From Octopus bimaculoides (Eukaryota): a stretch of 64,000 bases of DNA. Under the pieces are notes generated by a model that saw nothing but the letters and a program-made list of their open reading frames with translations, had not been told where the DNA came from and made no database searches. A program made the translations under genes and the position numbers. Of the stretch, positions 12,729 to 26,100 are shown piece after piece (the first letter of the stretch is position 1; each line of letters begins with the position of its first letter). The stretch is taken from contig NC_068986.1 in the NCBI RefSeq assembly GCF_001194135.2, positions 69,626,618 through 69,690,617 of the forward strand, written 5' to 3'.

Positions 12729-13516
12729 ACACGCACGAATACACACACACGAATACACACATACACACACACACACAAAATGAGAGAGAAAGAATCATAG
12801 ACCAAAGAAATAAGAGAGGGGTAAGAGTAAATAACAAAGTAGTTCGTTCTAACTTTAAAAAGGTTTTATAATAGTTAATATTTATTATAATGAAATATTT
12901 TCTTTAGATACCTTTCAGGTATGTTGATTGTTAGCAGAGTAATTTCTTTTTGGCGGGGGTGGGGACGTTAATCACTTGGGTATTTATTACAAACCGTTAC
13001 CTTTCAATATATTAATAGAATTGCTAAAATAGCATAAATACATTTTTTCTACCATGGGTAATATTAGGAAATATGGTCTATATACAATAATCATAATCTA
13101 ACTTTTATCAAATTATACAGGGTGGCTAAAATACATTTCCAAATTACTGTGTGTGTGTGTGTATAAATTTTGTATGCATGTATGCATGCATGTATCCACG
13201 TGTCTGTCTATACCAACCTATACATACGAGAAGGAAATACTGTAATTAGGTGTGGAAGATTCGTCAAATGCCTGGAAATTGTTTTTACTTGCGTAGTTCA
13301 GAGTTGGTATATTGGAAAAAAATATTAGTTTTGAATTCGTCGCTAAAGAATTTTGTATATTGGTTTATTTTGTTTACCGAATTAGTTTAGCACAATGATT
13401 GAATCGACAAAAAAAATTTCAAAGTAATCGCACACGATTGTGTGCATTTTGTCATTTTGTCATTTTGTTTTTATATGTATTTGTATATGTATGTATGTAT
13501 TGTGTATTTATCATGC

Positions 13517-13592
<76 letters not shown>

Positions 13593-16500
13593 ATTTCTCT
13601 ATCTATACATACCGTACACACACATATATATATATATGAAAAAGGTAGAAAAATGATAAGCGAATAAAATGGCGAGAGAGAAATGGATGTGTACATAATT
13701 ATCATATCTACAGTTGTTAACGATAGCTAATCCTTTTCTGAACCACAGTTGTCCATATGGTTTGGTGAATATATATATAAATTATGTACCGTTAACAAAA
13801 TAAGAGATAAAATTGTCTTGAATAAGGAACTGAACACAACACTGCTGCAGTAACGCGTTATTCGTTACGATTCATTCAAAAAGGGAACCAACCTCTACAC
13901 CATCACGTTGGACGACCCATTCGGCAATGATCAGACTGTGCTCTCACTTACAATCCGATTATGGTGAAGTGTGTAGTATTAAATTTGGCTAGATAGCCCT
14001 ACGAAGCGTACGAACGTAAGATTCTTGTTCATTACTCTTTAGACCCTTAATCTCCTGAACTCCATGAGGTTGTCTACAGTACTATAATGAATTAGAATGA
14101 CTCCTACATGTAAGCACTCATCGGTTATTCAGCCTTCATTTTCTATTGTATTTGAGCACATTGTTTTGTTTACAGCAGGAAAGAAGTATGTTTGTCTTCC
14201 TAACCTACACAATTGTAAAGATCAGATGATAAACATTGCATGCTAGTGAAATCTTTCAAGATTAATATTTACCCCATTATACCCCTAATTTTTACTCAAT
14301 GTAACATGTCTAGGCAGTCACAGTACACTCCATATGATTCATTACTTCACATTGAGATATGCAGTTTGTCTTCAGTTAGGAGGAGACGCAGCATAACTGA
14401 AAAAGTAATCTACTAGAATCTATATATCAGCTAGAATCTATATATGGTATACAGCAATCACATCAAACCACTTCTTTACACTGCTTAATTTCAACATGCA
14501 TAGGCACAAAGTCGTGAACTTTTTTAGGAAGGGAAATGAGAAGCTTATATTCATTTGAAAAAATATAATTAAGAATAAAATGGTCGCAATCGGAAACTGA
14601 AGCTTGTGGTATTCAAGCATATTTCATCTTGAACCTATTTTGCTAACAGAAATATTCGACTGAATTGATTCCATTATAATAATCGTACTTATGTAATCGA
14701 CTTTTAGTTATTTTCCAGGTCTTTGAGTGTAAACCAAATGTAATACCTTAAAACATCGTTTATGCAGTCTTTAACATTGCATTTGAATTGTATATCACTG
14801 GGCCACAGTTATTTCATGATTGATCACCTTTAGTATATACGTGTCATTTATTGATCTTAATGGGAGAATAAAAAACAAAGTCGATCACAGTAGAATTTGA
14901 ACTCAAAACCTCAGAACCAAGTAAATGATTCGAGTTCAACTCATTACAAAGAATGTATAACATTGAAATTATTAGGATTTTCTACGATTTGGGGGGGGGG
15001 GTTGAACGTGAGTCACGTAGATATTTAACAGCTGGGTTTGCTTCGTAAAACCTATTTTATTGAGACAAAGATAAACGCTTCTTTTCTTTGCAAGTAAAGT
15101 TTTGGACTATTCTGGCATAAATTCAATTATGAGAGATAGACAAGGGAAATGAAACGAGTATTTGTAGAACTTATATATGTTAACATGAGAAAATCTTTAA
15201 AAAATCATTGTATAAGTCATGTTAGGTCTTAAGGAATTGCACGAGCTATATATTATTGGCAATAATATCTGTTGGTTCACAATTGATCAAATGCATGCTG
15301 CATTTCATCCCCATGGGATCAAAACGTTCTTGTATATAACTAAGATGATGTGAGTGAGAGGTATAAATTATCTTTATGCAGCCTCTGGGAAGTGAATTTG
15401 TTTAAATATCAGTGCATTTTAAGCTCGCATCGGAAGGTAATTTGAAAGTGAAAATATAGGCCATGTTATTGACTAATATTTCGTAAAGTAAAACGGTGGT
15501 TCAAGTAGGATATACTGGCAGCTTGAGAATATAAGTGAAAGATAAGTGCACTGAGTGCATTGTGGGTAACATGCGAAAATAAGTGTATTGGTGTTCTGGA
15601 ACAAACAAGGATGGATAAATGTAAATTATTTTAGGGGTATGGAGTTTCAGAGTATCTATAACGGGTGTCTTGAGAGTTGTGGGTGAGGAGAGCTGAAGTG
15701 CAAAGAATTTGCGTTTTAGTTAGTGAGGGTAGGTATAAAAGTTGAGTCGATGTAAATCAATTTACGGGTAGTAAGGCTTCAGGCTATCTATTGCAGTATT
15801 TTACCCAACCAGACATATTCGTTGAAGCTAAAATATAATATGCATTCATGCAATATGATATGCATACACACAAATGTTTGACGTATAATTTTCTGTTATT
15901 ATGGGTGTGTAATATTTTTTAATTAAGAATAGAACAGATTGAAAAAAGAAGTTTACAAACAGCATGTTTTCAGTGTCCGTTAGTGATATATATATATATA
16001 TATANNNNNNNNNNNNNNNNNNNNNNNNNNNNNNNNNNNNNNNNNNNNNNNNNNNNNNNNNNNNNNNNNNNNNNNNNNNNNNNNNNNNNNNNNNNNNNNN
16101 NNNNNNNNNNNNNNNNNNNNNNNNNNNNNNNNNNNNNNNNNNNNNNNNNNNNNNNNNNNNNNNNNNNNNNNNNNNNNNNNNNNNNNNNNNNNNNNNNNNN
16201 NNNNNNNNNNNNNNNNNNNNNNNNNNNNNNNNNNNNNNNNNNNNNNNNNNNNNNNNNNNNNNNNNNNNNNNNNNNNNNNNNNNNNNNNNNNNNNNNNNNN
16301 NNNNNNNNNNNNNNNNNNNNNNNNNNNNNATATATATATATATATGTATATATATATATGTATGTATGTATGTTTGTGTTTGGCAAAATTGAATGTAGGT
16401 GATGATAGCGTTTACTCGCTGAAATTTGAACCGCTGCATTAGTCGGTGAAGAGAATGACAGAAACAAGCAAGTTTGTTTGCGAAGTAAAGAATATGACAA

Positions 16501-17649
16501 AAGGGTTTGAACAATCTCTTAGTTTTCTCCTTCTATACAACATCTGTCCCCTACCACTCCATGATGTCGCTGTTTACATTGTGTTAGTGGTGGGGGAATG
16601 TGTTATTCATTTAATAATCTCCTAATTCTGCGTGGATTGAATTAAAGGAGTTCTACGTTTGAAGTTAGGGGAGCACCCTAACCGAAATGGACATTAAATT
16701 CCTTTCAATTATTGCATACTTAATTGAGTTTTCAAATAAATGGCAAACTTACGATATAAAGAAGACAAACAAAAGTAATTGTTCATTATCATTACACTTT
16801 CTCATTTTAAGGTATTTACTCTTATTATTTCTCTTCTTTTTTTATAGTTCACTGTCATTTTCTTCCTCATTTCTCCCTTCTTCTTACTTTTTGTCGATTT
16901 TCTGCATTCTTTACCCCCTTTTTCGCTTCCTCTTCATTATTTCTCTATCACTGTAATAAGTTTCTTTATTTTTTTTTCCAGTTCTTTTTTCTTCATTCAC
17001 TCACACTCCATACAATCTTAGACCCCCATTTCTATTTATCGATAATTTCATTTCATTCATTACCATATCTCTCCCTATATTTTCCTAAATGCAATATCCA
17101 AATGCAGTAAGAGTTATTTATCACTTTTTCTATTTGTCTATCATAAAATATCTCTACTTTTAAGATTTGTTTCTCTGAACAGATGTCGTCATTAGCTTGA
17201 TGTAGTTGAAATCTATATCCTACATTCTGTAATGCTTACGCTTATCCAACATTTGGCTGAAACTGGAGTCTAGAATCTAGTCTCCTGAGGATCTGGTTTC
17301 AGTTCCGAATTATAGTTGCTTCATTTCATAAAAATGACTTGAAAACTCGGAGAAGAATAAATCACCCTAACTGATTTTTTATTACTGGTGACCATTTATT
17401 GTCATTATATTTTCTTAGAGATAGGAAGTGCTACGGTATTTTACACCTTTTCTAAATTAAGCACAAAGAACAAGTAAATTAAGCTCACAGTGTACAATAT
17501 TGCTGTGTTTTCTCAACCGAAAAGGAACTTACTTTTTGTTAAATCTGGATCAATTCGTTTCTGAACATGCACTATACTTAAGGGAAGGGAGATATATTTT
17601 TCTTGTGCTGCTCATGCTTATGTCAAAGGCATTAACAGCATAAGGTATC

Positions 17650-17813
17650 TTTTATCCTTTACTTGTTTCAGTCAATAGACTGCGGCTATGTTGGGGCACC
17701 GTCTTGAAGAACTTTTAGTCGAATGAATCGATTCCAGTGCTTTCTTTTAAAGCCTGGTACCTATTCTATCGGTCTCTTTTGCCGAGCCGGTGTTGGTGAG
17801 TTTACGGGGACGT
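17650..17813 (-). mobile_element. SINE family B 3' half abutting gap
   Basis: TTTACTTGTTTCAGTCA.TAGACTGCGGC..GCACCG..TTCTATCGGTCTCTTTTGCCGA. Confidence 0.8.
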
Positions 17814-18550
17814 NNNNNNNNNNNNNNNNNNNNNNNNNNNNNNNNNNNNNNNNNNNNNNNNNNNNNNNNNNNNNNNNNNNNNNNNNNNNNNNNNNNNNNN
17901 NNNNNNNNNNNNNNNNNNNNNNNNNNNNNNNNNNNNNNNNNNNNNNNNNNNNNNNNNNNNNNNNNNNNNNNNNNNNNNNNNNNNNNNNNNNNNNNNNNNN
18001 NNNNNNNNNNNNNNNNNNNNNNNNNNNNNNNNNNNNNNNNNNNNNNNNNNNNNNNNNNNNNNNNNNNNNNNNNNNNNNNNNNNNNNNNNNNNNNNNNNNN
18101 NNNNNNNNNNNNNNNNNNNNNNNNNNNNNNNNNNNNNNNNNNNNNNNNNNNNNNNNNNNNNNNNNNNNNNNNNNNNNNNNNNNNNNNNNNNNNNNNNNNN
18201 NNNNNNNNNNNNNNNNNNNNNNNNNNNNNNNNNNNNNNNNNNNNNNNNNNNNNNNNNNNNNNNNNNNNNNNNNNNNNNNNNNNNNNNNNNNNNNNNNNNN
18301 NNNNNNNNNNNNNNNNNNNNNNNNNNNNNNNNNNNNNNNNNNNNNNNNNNNNNNNNNNNNNNNNNNNNNNNNNNNNNNNNNNNNNNNNNNNNNNNNNNNN
18401 NNNNNNNNNNNNNNNNNNNNNNNNNNNNNNNNNNNNNNNNNNNNNNNNNNNNNNNNNNNNNNNNNNNNNNNNNNNNNNNNNNNNNNNNNNNNNNNNNNNN
18501 NNNNNNNNNNNNNNNNNNNNNNNNNNNNTATATACATGCATATTATACGT

Positions 18551-18933
18551 GGCACTCCGTCGGTTACGACGACGAGGGTTCCAGTTGATCGGATCAACAG
18601 AACAGCCTGCTCGTGAAATTAACGTGCAAGTGGCTGATCACTCCACAGACACGTGTACCCTTAACGTAGTTCTCTGGGAGATTCAGCGTGACACAGGATG
18701 TGAGACAAGGCTGGCTCCTTTGAGATACAGGTAGAACAGAAACAGGAAGAAAGAGTGAGAGAAAGTTGTGGTGAAGGAGTACACCAGGGTTCACCACCAC
18801 ACCCTGCCGGAGTCTCGTGGAGCTTTAGGTGTTTTCGCTCAATAAACACTCACAACGGCCGGTCTGGGAATCAAAATCGTGATCCTATGACCGCGATTCC
18901 TGCTGCCCTAATCACTGGGCCATTGCGCCTCCA
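18551..18933 (-). mobile_element. tRNA-derived SINE family C, full length
   Basis: Minus head TGGAGGCGCAATGGCCCAGTGATTAGGGCAGC (A-box-like) and TTTGATTCCC (B-box-like); GC-rich 380-bp body. A decayed relative lies at ~41040-41345. Confidence 0.75.
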
Positions 18934-19999
18934 TTCATACATATACACCATACGTATATACTGATTAACTAAACCCGCGCGCGCGCATACACTTGTATTC
19001 ATTTATAGATATGTGTGTAGTTCCTCTCAACTGTGTTCACTGCGTTAAAAAAATAAGAATATAATTCTTAGAGAACATTCTGGTTATGTTTTTCATTCGA
19101 GAAAAAGAAGCATGAAACAAATATTATTTTGCCCTGAGCATAGCGATAACGATCCTTGAATTCTCTACAGAAATTCACGAACATTTGGTATAGAAAATTT
19201 AGCACATGAACTAATATTTTTCCTGATATTCTGCTAGTTGATTGTCGGGGGATCATTTTTTATTATTCCGATTTTCTAATTTCAGTTTCTTCTGCATTAA
19301 ACATTAATGTAAGAAATAGCGATACGAATTAGCAACGCCAGTGTTTAAGTAAGTTATGAATGTATAGGTTTGCATTCATATATATATCTTTGATACAGAA
19401 ACAAAACACACAAACACGCACACACACACACATGCATATATATNNNNNNNNNNNNNNNNNNNNNNNNNNNNNNNNNNNNNNNNNNNNNNNNNNNNNNNNN
19501 NNNNNNNNNNNNNNNNNNNNNNNNNNNNNNNNNNNNNNNNNNNNNNNNNNNNNNNNNNNNNNNNNNNNNNNNNNNNNNNNNNNNNNNNNNNNNNNNNNNN
19601 NNNNNNNNNNNNNNNNNNNNNNNNNNNNNNNNNNNNNNNNNNNNNNNNNNNNNNNNNNNNNNNNNNNNNNNNNNNNNNNNNNNNNNNNNNNNNNNNNNNN
19701 NNNNNNNNNNNNNNNNNNNNNNNNNNNNNNNNNNNNNNNNNNNNNNNNNNNNNNNNNNNNNNNNNNNNNNNNNNNNNNNNNNNNNNNNNNNNNNNNNNNN
19801 NNNNNNNNNNNNNNNNNNNNNNNNNNNNNNNNNNNNNNNNNNNNNNNNNNNNNNNNNNNNNNNNNNNNNNNNNNNNNNNNNNNNNNNNNNNNNNNNNNNN
19901 NNNNNNNNNNNNNNNNNNNNNNNNNNNNNNNNNNNNNNNNNNNNNNNNNNNNNNNNNNNNNNNNNNNNNNNNNNNNNNNNNNNNNNNNNNNNNNNNNNN

Positions 20000-20034
<35 letters not shown>

Positions 20035-20717
20035 CACAGGTGAGAGCATGCGTGTCCGTGTCTACCTTAGTGCTGTGTGTTTGTGGAGGACACTATTAAA
20101 TAAGTATAGTTTTACGTTGGATTGCTGATGTTTGCTTATGTTGTCGGAATCTGAAAGGAGCAGAATGGATAATAGATAGAGGCATAGCTAGAATGAAATT
20201 TAGAACCGAGTTGCAAATGGGAGCCTGTTCATAATATTTCAACTAGATTCGCTTACTACAAATTTAGTATCGATTTAAAACTGATTTCTTAAGGAAAGGC
20301 CAATCTTTGTATGAAGAAATGGATACCAGTGTATCGTATTGGTACTGATTCCCTTGATATACATAATCTCTGTAGGCTTGAGTCAGTTAAATCGATTTAT
20401 GCAGAATACTCCTAATCATTTTATCTTTCCTACGGTTGTTGACAACAGATAACAAGGAACTAAATTTACTAATGCTTTCGGCCAATCATGGCCAACGCTT
20501 CATTCTCTCTGTATAATAAAGAATGATAATACTAGAGTCATATATTAAAAATAATAATAATAATACAAGGCACTTACTGTCATAAGCAAATCTAAACCTA
20601 AATCTTTATTTAAATGTTTAATAATTAATTGTAAGCTTAACAGTCAAAAATAGGGTTTATGTATACTCTGTTCATCTTTAGCTCTTGAAAGACACATAAA
20701 ATGGAGGCGCGTACACA

Positions 20718-20766
<49 letters not shown>

Positions 20767-21203
20767 GCAAACAAATGTCTACGCGCGCGTACACGCTTAC
20801 ATACGCTCGACCGCGCATGCACGTTATTGTAGGGCTGAATAGTATACTTAATTTGAACCCGCTTGGGAATTATAAAGACCTTTATATTTAAATATTATAA
20901 TTTTGATTACTTAATTAATTTACTTACATAGAATTTCGTATGAAGTATTCTACAGAATACAGTTGATATCGATATCTATCTAATTATGAATTTAATTAAT
21001 AATCCAGCGCATAGATAAAACTTCACAACGCAAGAGCTAAATTTGTGGGAATTTAGTTCTATTAAAATCTTTATTCTATAATCTTCAGCAAATAAAGATA
21101 TATTTAATTATTTTACAATAGGTTCACTTACATTAAAGTTCTAAGGTTTTCAGAAATCTAATTTAATGTTGTGATGACGATAGCAATTACTAAAGCATTA
21201 TAA

Positions 21204-21234
<31 letters not shown>

Positions 21235-21235
21235 T

Positions 21236-21272
<37 letters not shown>

Positions 21273-21318
21273 GATAGAGATAGAGACAGACAGAGAGAGG
21301 TAGATAGATAAATTGATT

Positions 21319-21356
<38 letters not shown>

Positions 21357-21666
21357 CAGATAAATAGATAGATACATCCATCCATCCATTCATACATACC
21401 TACCTACCTACATACATACATACATACATATATACATATATAATACAATGTAAGGGTTTATATTTAATTCAATATATATATGCGCACGTGTATGTATATA
21501 TACGCACACAAATACACACACGCATATATATATATATATAAAAAATAACATATATATACACACACACACACACATTATATATGTATATCCACACACACAC
21601 ACACACACANNNNNNNNNNNNNNNNNNNNNNNNNNNNNNNNNNNNNNNNNNNNNNNNNNNNNNNNN

Positions 21667-21740
<74 letters not shown>

Positions 21741-21829
21741 GTGTATGTATATATTCTTGCAAACAGTCCGCCTGCAACGTATGTTTCAGTCTTGTGGCGC
21801 CACACATAAGCTTACCATGAATTGGGAAA

Positions 21830-22110
21830 TTGGAAGTTTGACTTCTTTATCTGATTAAGTTTTGAAATCATTGGCTTCTTTCTCTTAAGTTTTCTTTCAT
21901 ATCCAGTGTCTTTCAATATTGTTCTTACACAATAGGTCACGTTTGCAACCCCTCTAACAAGTCGATGTTTAATATCTTGCCTCTTAACTGCTTTCCTTGC
22001 TCTCCCATAAACTTTCTGTGACTTTCCAGATCGCTTCTCACTTGTTCAATGCCCTTCTTCAGATCACCTGCTGCTTATGTTGTTCACTGTCTGATGATCA
22101 GCATCGTACA
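21830..22110 (-). mobile_element. Possible Tc1-like transposase remnant (DNA-binding region)
   Basis: Minus VRTILKDTGYERKLKRKKPMISKLNQIKK resembles the Tc1 TVRR.L...G......RKKP.IS..N...R segment; no TIRs seen. Confidence 0.4.
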
Positions 22111-22519
22111 ATTGAGCTTTTTTTTTATTGGATTCTTCGTGTTGACGATTTTCACGCGTGTAAATTAATCGTTAACTTTTTCTCCAAATGATTTTTTTAT
22201 CGTGGTGCTTTAGCATATTAAAGTTACAATTAATCCAATCACATCACAATTGGAGTAAAATATACCCCTTGCAAAGAAGAGAATACATGTCTAATTAGAA
22301 ACGTATTCGGGCTGTCAAAAGATACTAGTAGGCATTGACCGCTGAATCCGCAAGTTTTTTTTTTTATTCTCTCTCTGTTTATTTCCTTGCGTTCCTTTCT
22401 GTTGAAGAACATAGGCTCGAAAGGTAAAAAGACTTTCTCACCTTCATGAGCGTCAAATTAATACATGCTTGTTGTTTATACCCATGTCTTCCACTTTTGT
22501 TTTTCTGTAATTTTCAACA

Positions 22520-22550
<31 letters not shown>

Positions 22551-22581
22551 TGAGAGACAGAGGGAGAGAAGGTTGTATGTT

Positions 22582-22790
22582 ATGGCTGCTCTGAGTGCGG
22601 TCATTGGTTTCACACCAATATGGCGCTTAGATGTGTAGGCGACGAATCGCTTATACAGCTAAGCGCCTTATAGGTGTGAAACCAATAGCCACTCTCTGAC
22701 CGGCCATCAAACGTCCTTCTAAATATTACTACTCTAATGTTTTAGAGTGTGTTTTTTTTTTCGGATATATGAAGTCATGACCGATATATG
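22582..22790. mobile_element. Fold-back (long hairpin) interspersed repeat with conserved tail, copy 2
   Basis: Arms ATTGGTTTCACACC (22603-16)/GGTGTGAAACCAAT (22673-86) and GGCGCTTAG/CTAAGCGCC, CGAA tetraloop; followed by CCTTCTAAATA..TACTCTAATGTTTTAGAG..GGATATATGAA tail shared with copy 1. Confidence 0.75.
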
Positions 22791-22865
22791 TATGTATGTA
22801 TGTATGTACAGTTTCTGTAGCTACTTGAATTGAGAAGTATATAAACAAATTTTTCAAATTGATTT

Positions 22866-22912
22866 AGACGCCTCTAATGAGAATCCAATAAGATTCGAAA
22901 ATCGGTTACGCT
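22866..22912 (+). ncRNA. Degenerate minimal hammerhead ribozyme copy (G5->A core mutation)
   Basis: CTAATGA-GAATC-caataa-GATTC-GAAA-ATCGGT-TA; identical stem II to the 23154 copy, exactly 280 bp upstream; stem I poorly paired. Confidence 0.6.
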
Positions 22913-23146
22913 TTATCATCATTTTTTAAATATATCTTTATATATCTACCATACAGGTCACATATATTATATAATACTTTGATATTGTGTGGACTGAGAT
23001 CCCCGTTGACACGCCCCTGACATTAGATAAAATGTGAACGCTTGCGGTTTGCGAACTAATAGCTCCAGTTTTCTGTAGCAGCTAGAATTGTTGAGTATAT
23101 AAACAGATCAGTAGGTAGTTTCTTTGGGTTTGATCAAATTGATGTA

Positions 23147-23196
23147 AACGGCTCTGATGAGAATCCAATAAGATTCGAAAATCGATTAAGATTGTT
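23147..23196 (+). ncRNA. Minimal type-I hammerhead ribozyme, intact core
   Basis: CTGATGA (23154-60), stem II GAATC/caataa/GATTC, GAAA (23177-80), palindromic stem III AATCGATT, cleavage triplet TTA (after A23188); stem I AACGGCT pairs with AG(A)TTGTT using one bulge and two G.U pairs. Confidence 0.75.
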
Positions 23197-26100
23197 CATG
23201 TTCTCTCAATTTATTTTTAAAAATCACTAAATTTGCCTTGTTTATATATCTACTCTATAGGTTACACGTATGCATAAACGTACATAAACATATGTTCACA
23301 CGCACACACAGACACAGGCACAGACATGCGCGCACGCACACACACAGGCACAGATATGCGCGCACGCATACACACACACATGCTTATATATGTATAAGTA
23401 TATGTATAAGCGTGTGTGTGTGTAAACATATGTATTTGTACGTCTGTGCATGCGTGTGCTTATGTATATACATATATTATTTTGAGTAACATATTCAAAA
23501 CTCAGGATATTAAAACTACCGCTAGTGTCAGAACTATTTATTTCCCAAAGCCATCCATATACTGAGAGTACCGGATCAGAAATTCAACAACTACAAGAAA
23601 GTTTGGAGTCGTTAACTACATCTGTCCTGAAAGGGTATACGTGTAAGAAATTCGAATTAAATTAAGAAAGCATATAAATAGAGGGGACATGACTCCGGGG
23701 TAGCTCTAGAGGAACGTCTCTTTAGCTCTTCATGCCTTTACGAAAAGAAACGTCATCCATGTAAATACACGCGCTCACACACGCACGCACACCCACAGAG
23801 AAGCTCGAACGCTTTTCTTAATAGAACGTTAGAGGAAGAGCGTGGAGACAAAGAGAAACAAGGTAACAGAGAGTTTGATAGAGCACGGTAGAAGAATTAC
23901 AGAAAAAGTGAGGTTTAAAAAAAAGCTCTTGTGTCCTTGGATTGTCGTAAACGCCATGACAGGTTTTTAGCCCTTGTACGCATGAGGGGAAACTTGTATT
24001 ACGGAAGAGAATATACCCACCACTAAAACCCATTAAAAGGTTTACGGTTTATATTTTCCCCTGATGCCTCTCTTTATCTCGTTTTCTTTCTTCCACACTG
24101 TCTTTGTGACTTTTTTACATCTCACAATCCTTCGGTGCCTCTGTTAACATGTGTGAGCGAGCGCTTGTATGTGTACATGAATAGATAAATCTTTTTTTTT
24201 TGTTGTTTTTTGTAAAAGTGTATAGAACAATAAACGCAATTCTCCAGGGATTTTTCAGTGATATTGGCATTGTAATGGAAGAAATAATGAGAGAAAGAGA
24301 TCGAATGGAGACCTCCTTACTGTGAAGGGCACTCATATTTTCCGTTTTTTTCTCATTTGTTTTTTGTGTTCGCTTTCCCTTATTCCTTCTTGCTTTTTTT
24401 TTATTTACATCTCTCTCCAAATTTTTTTCTGTTTTCTCCTCTTACCTGACTTCTTTTCCCTCTCTTTTCTTTCTAATTTTTCAGTCTACTTGTTCAAAAT
24501 CCTTCTTTAATATTTTACAGTCCGTCTATTAACATTTATGTTTATGACCTCAATGTCAGTTCAAACTGACATTACTTTGCTCGAGCATTTTACTTCACTG
24601 TGAGTTTAATTGCTCAGTCTGAAAGTTTATGATCATATAATTTAGTATTATTCAATTTCTTACATAAAATTTGCTTCGGTTTTATGCTCTTAATCTAGCA
24701 GGAATTTACATGATGTAAAGGGAGAGAATCTAGCAAAGCAATTTACAGGTTAACAAATTCTGAACCATGTGTTTGGCATAATCCTGTTCTCGTTTGAGAT
24801 TTCATCTAGTGACCAAATCTAACGCATATAAAACAACCATAATTATAAAGTAAGGCCGTTTTTTTTGTTTTACATGAAACCATTGGTAAACTACATAGAA
24901 ATAATTCTAAATGTGTTAGACTCGTAAATTAAATATTTCATTTTTCATCAAAAGTGTGGTCTCTCAAAACTTGTTGGCATATATAAGACAATATACAAAC
25001 AGATATACACGCACGTGTCTGTGTGTGTATGTGTGCTTGTATTTTAAATTGCCATGATTTTCATCTCTTATCAGGTGCGGAAACAAGTATACTAAACAAA
25101 TACGTGTCTCAGAATTGGTAGAAGTATGAGGATTTCACACTAAATACTCTTCACTTATTTCCAAGTTTAAATTAAACAGAGGCTGACTAGAATCTTCATA
25201 TTTTCAAACTCGATAAAAAAAAGTTCCAGTTATTTTTTAAAAAATAGATTGACCCTGTAAATGTGGTCCTTAAGAGGTGTAAGGAAGTTTTCAATATTAT
25301 AAAAAGAACAATTTCCACATATTATCAATTTCAACCAACTAAAGTTGGTTCAGTCGACTATATCGCAGTTAAATTTGTATCTACTGAAAAAAAGCCAACT
25401 TATATGTCATTCAATGCTAGAAATGTAGTCAATCAAAGCATCATTCAGAATTTTCAGAGAACTTTTTCGGTATTTTGTGCCTGTGACGCAAAACAATTGA
25501 GCCAGTATTTGCGTTATCTTCGCTTATTGACATTTCCTTGATCGACAATAATTTTTGATTAGACAAGATTTAAAGTGTTTGTATTATTCTTATTTAGATG
25601 TTTCAGTTTCATAAAATATCAATGGAAAACGTCATGTAGCACAATATAAGTTCTTGACACTTCAAGATTGCGAATCCGATTGGGATTCTAAAACCGTAAT
25701 CCAAAAGATGAATATGCATTCTTGACCTTTAGGGATTATATGCATCAGTCAACAAGGAATCACACCTATTGACCATTTTCAACAAAATCTGAGGTGAACT
25801 GAAGTATATGTAATTAAGTGTCCTACCACAAAACACGAAATGTCAATCTCTCGACGCATGAACCTATCCATTCACTCCGTTCAGGCTAGCTATACAAATA
25901 AGTGGAGTGAACGATTATTCACTCATGACCATTCGCATGGCACGCGTATTTTAACAAACAATGCTTATGATAACGTTACTCAAATACATGAAAAATTCAT
26001 TCAAATGAAATCCACAAATCTTTATATTGTTTAACATTGATATCCAAATCCTGTCACAATTAATTCTATTTTCGATCTAAAATATATTTCAGAAGACACT

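Larger units (their letters stand above)
22810..23196 (+). repeat. Imperfect tandem direct repeat carrying both hammerhead motifs (Penelope pLTR/retrozyme-like)
   Basis: Shared blocks (CAG)TTTCTGTAGC..GAATTG..AGTATATAAACA and CAAATTGAT..CTCT(G/A)ATGAGAATCCAATAAGATTCGAAAATCG occur at ~22809-22908 and ~23066-23188. Confidence 0.75.

Noticed and set aside
23705-23745. Minus-strand ATGAAGAGCTAAAGAGACGTT as a decayed hammerhead
   Set aside because: Needs several substitutions in core and stem II; not supportable.
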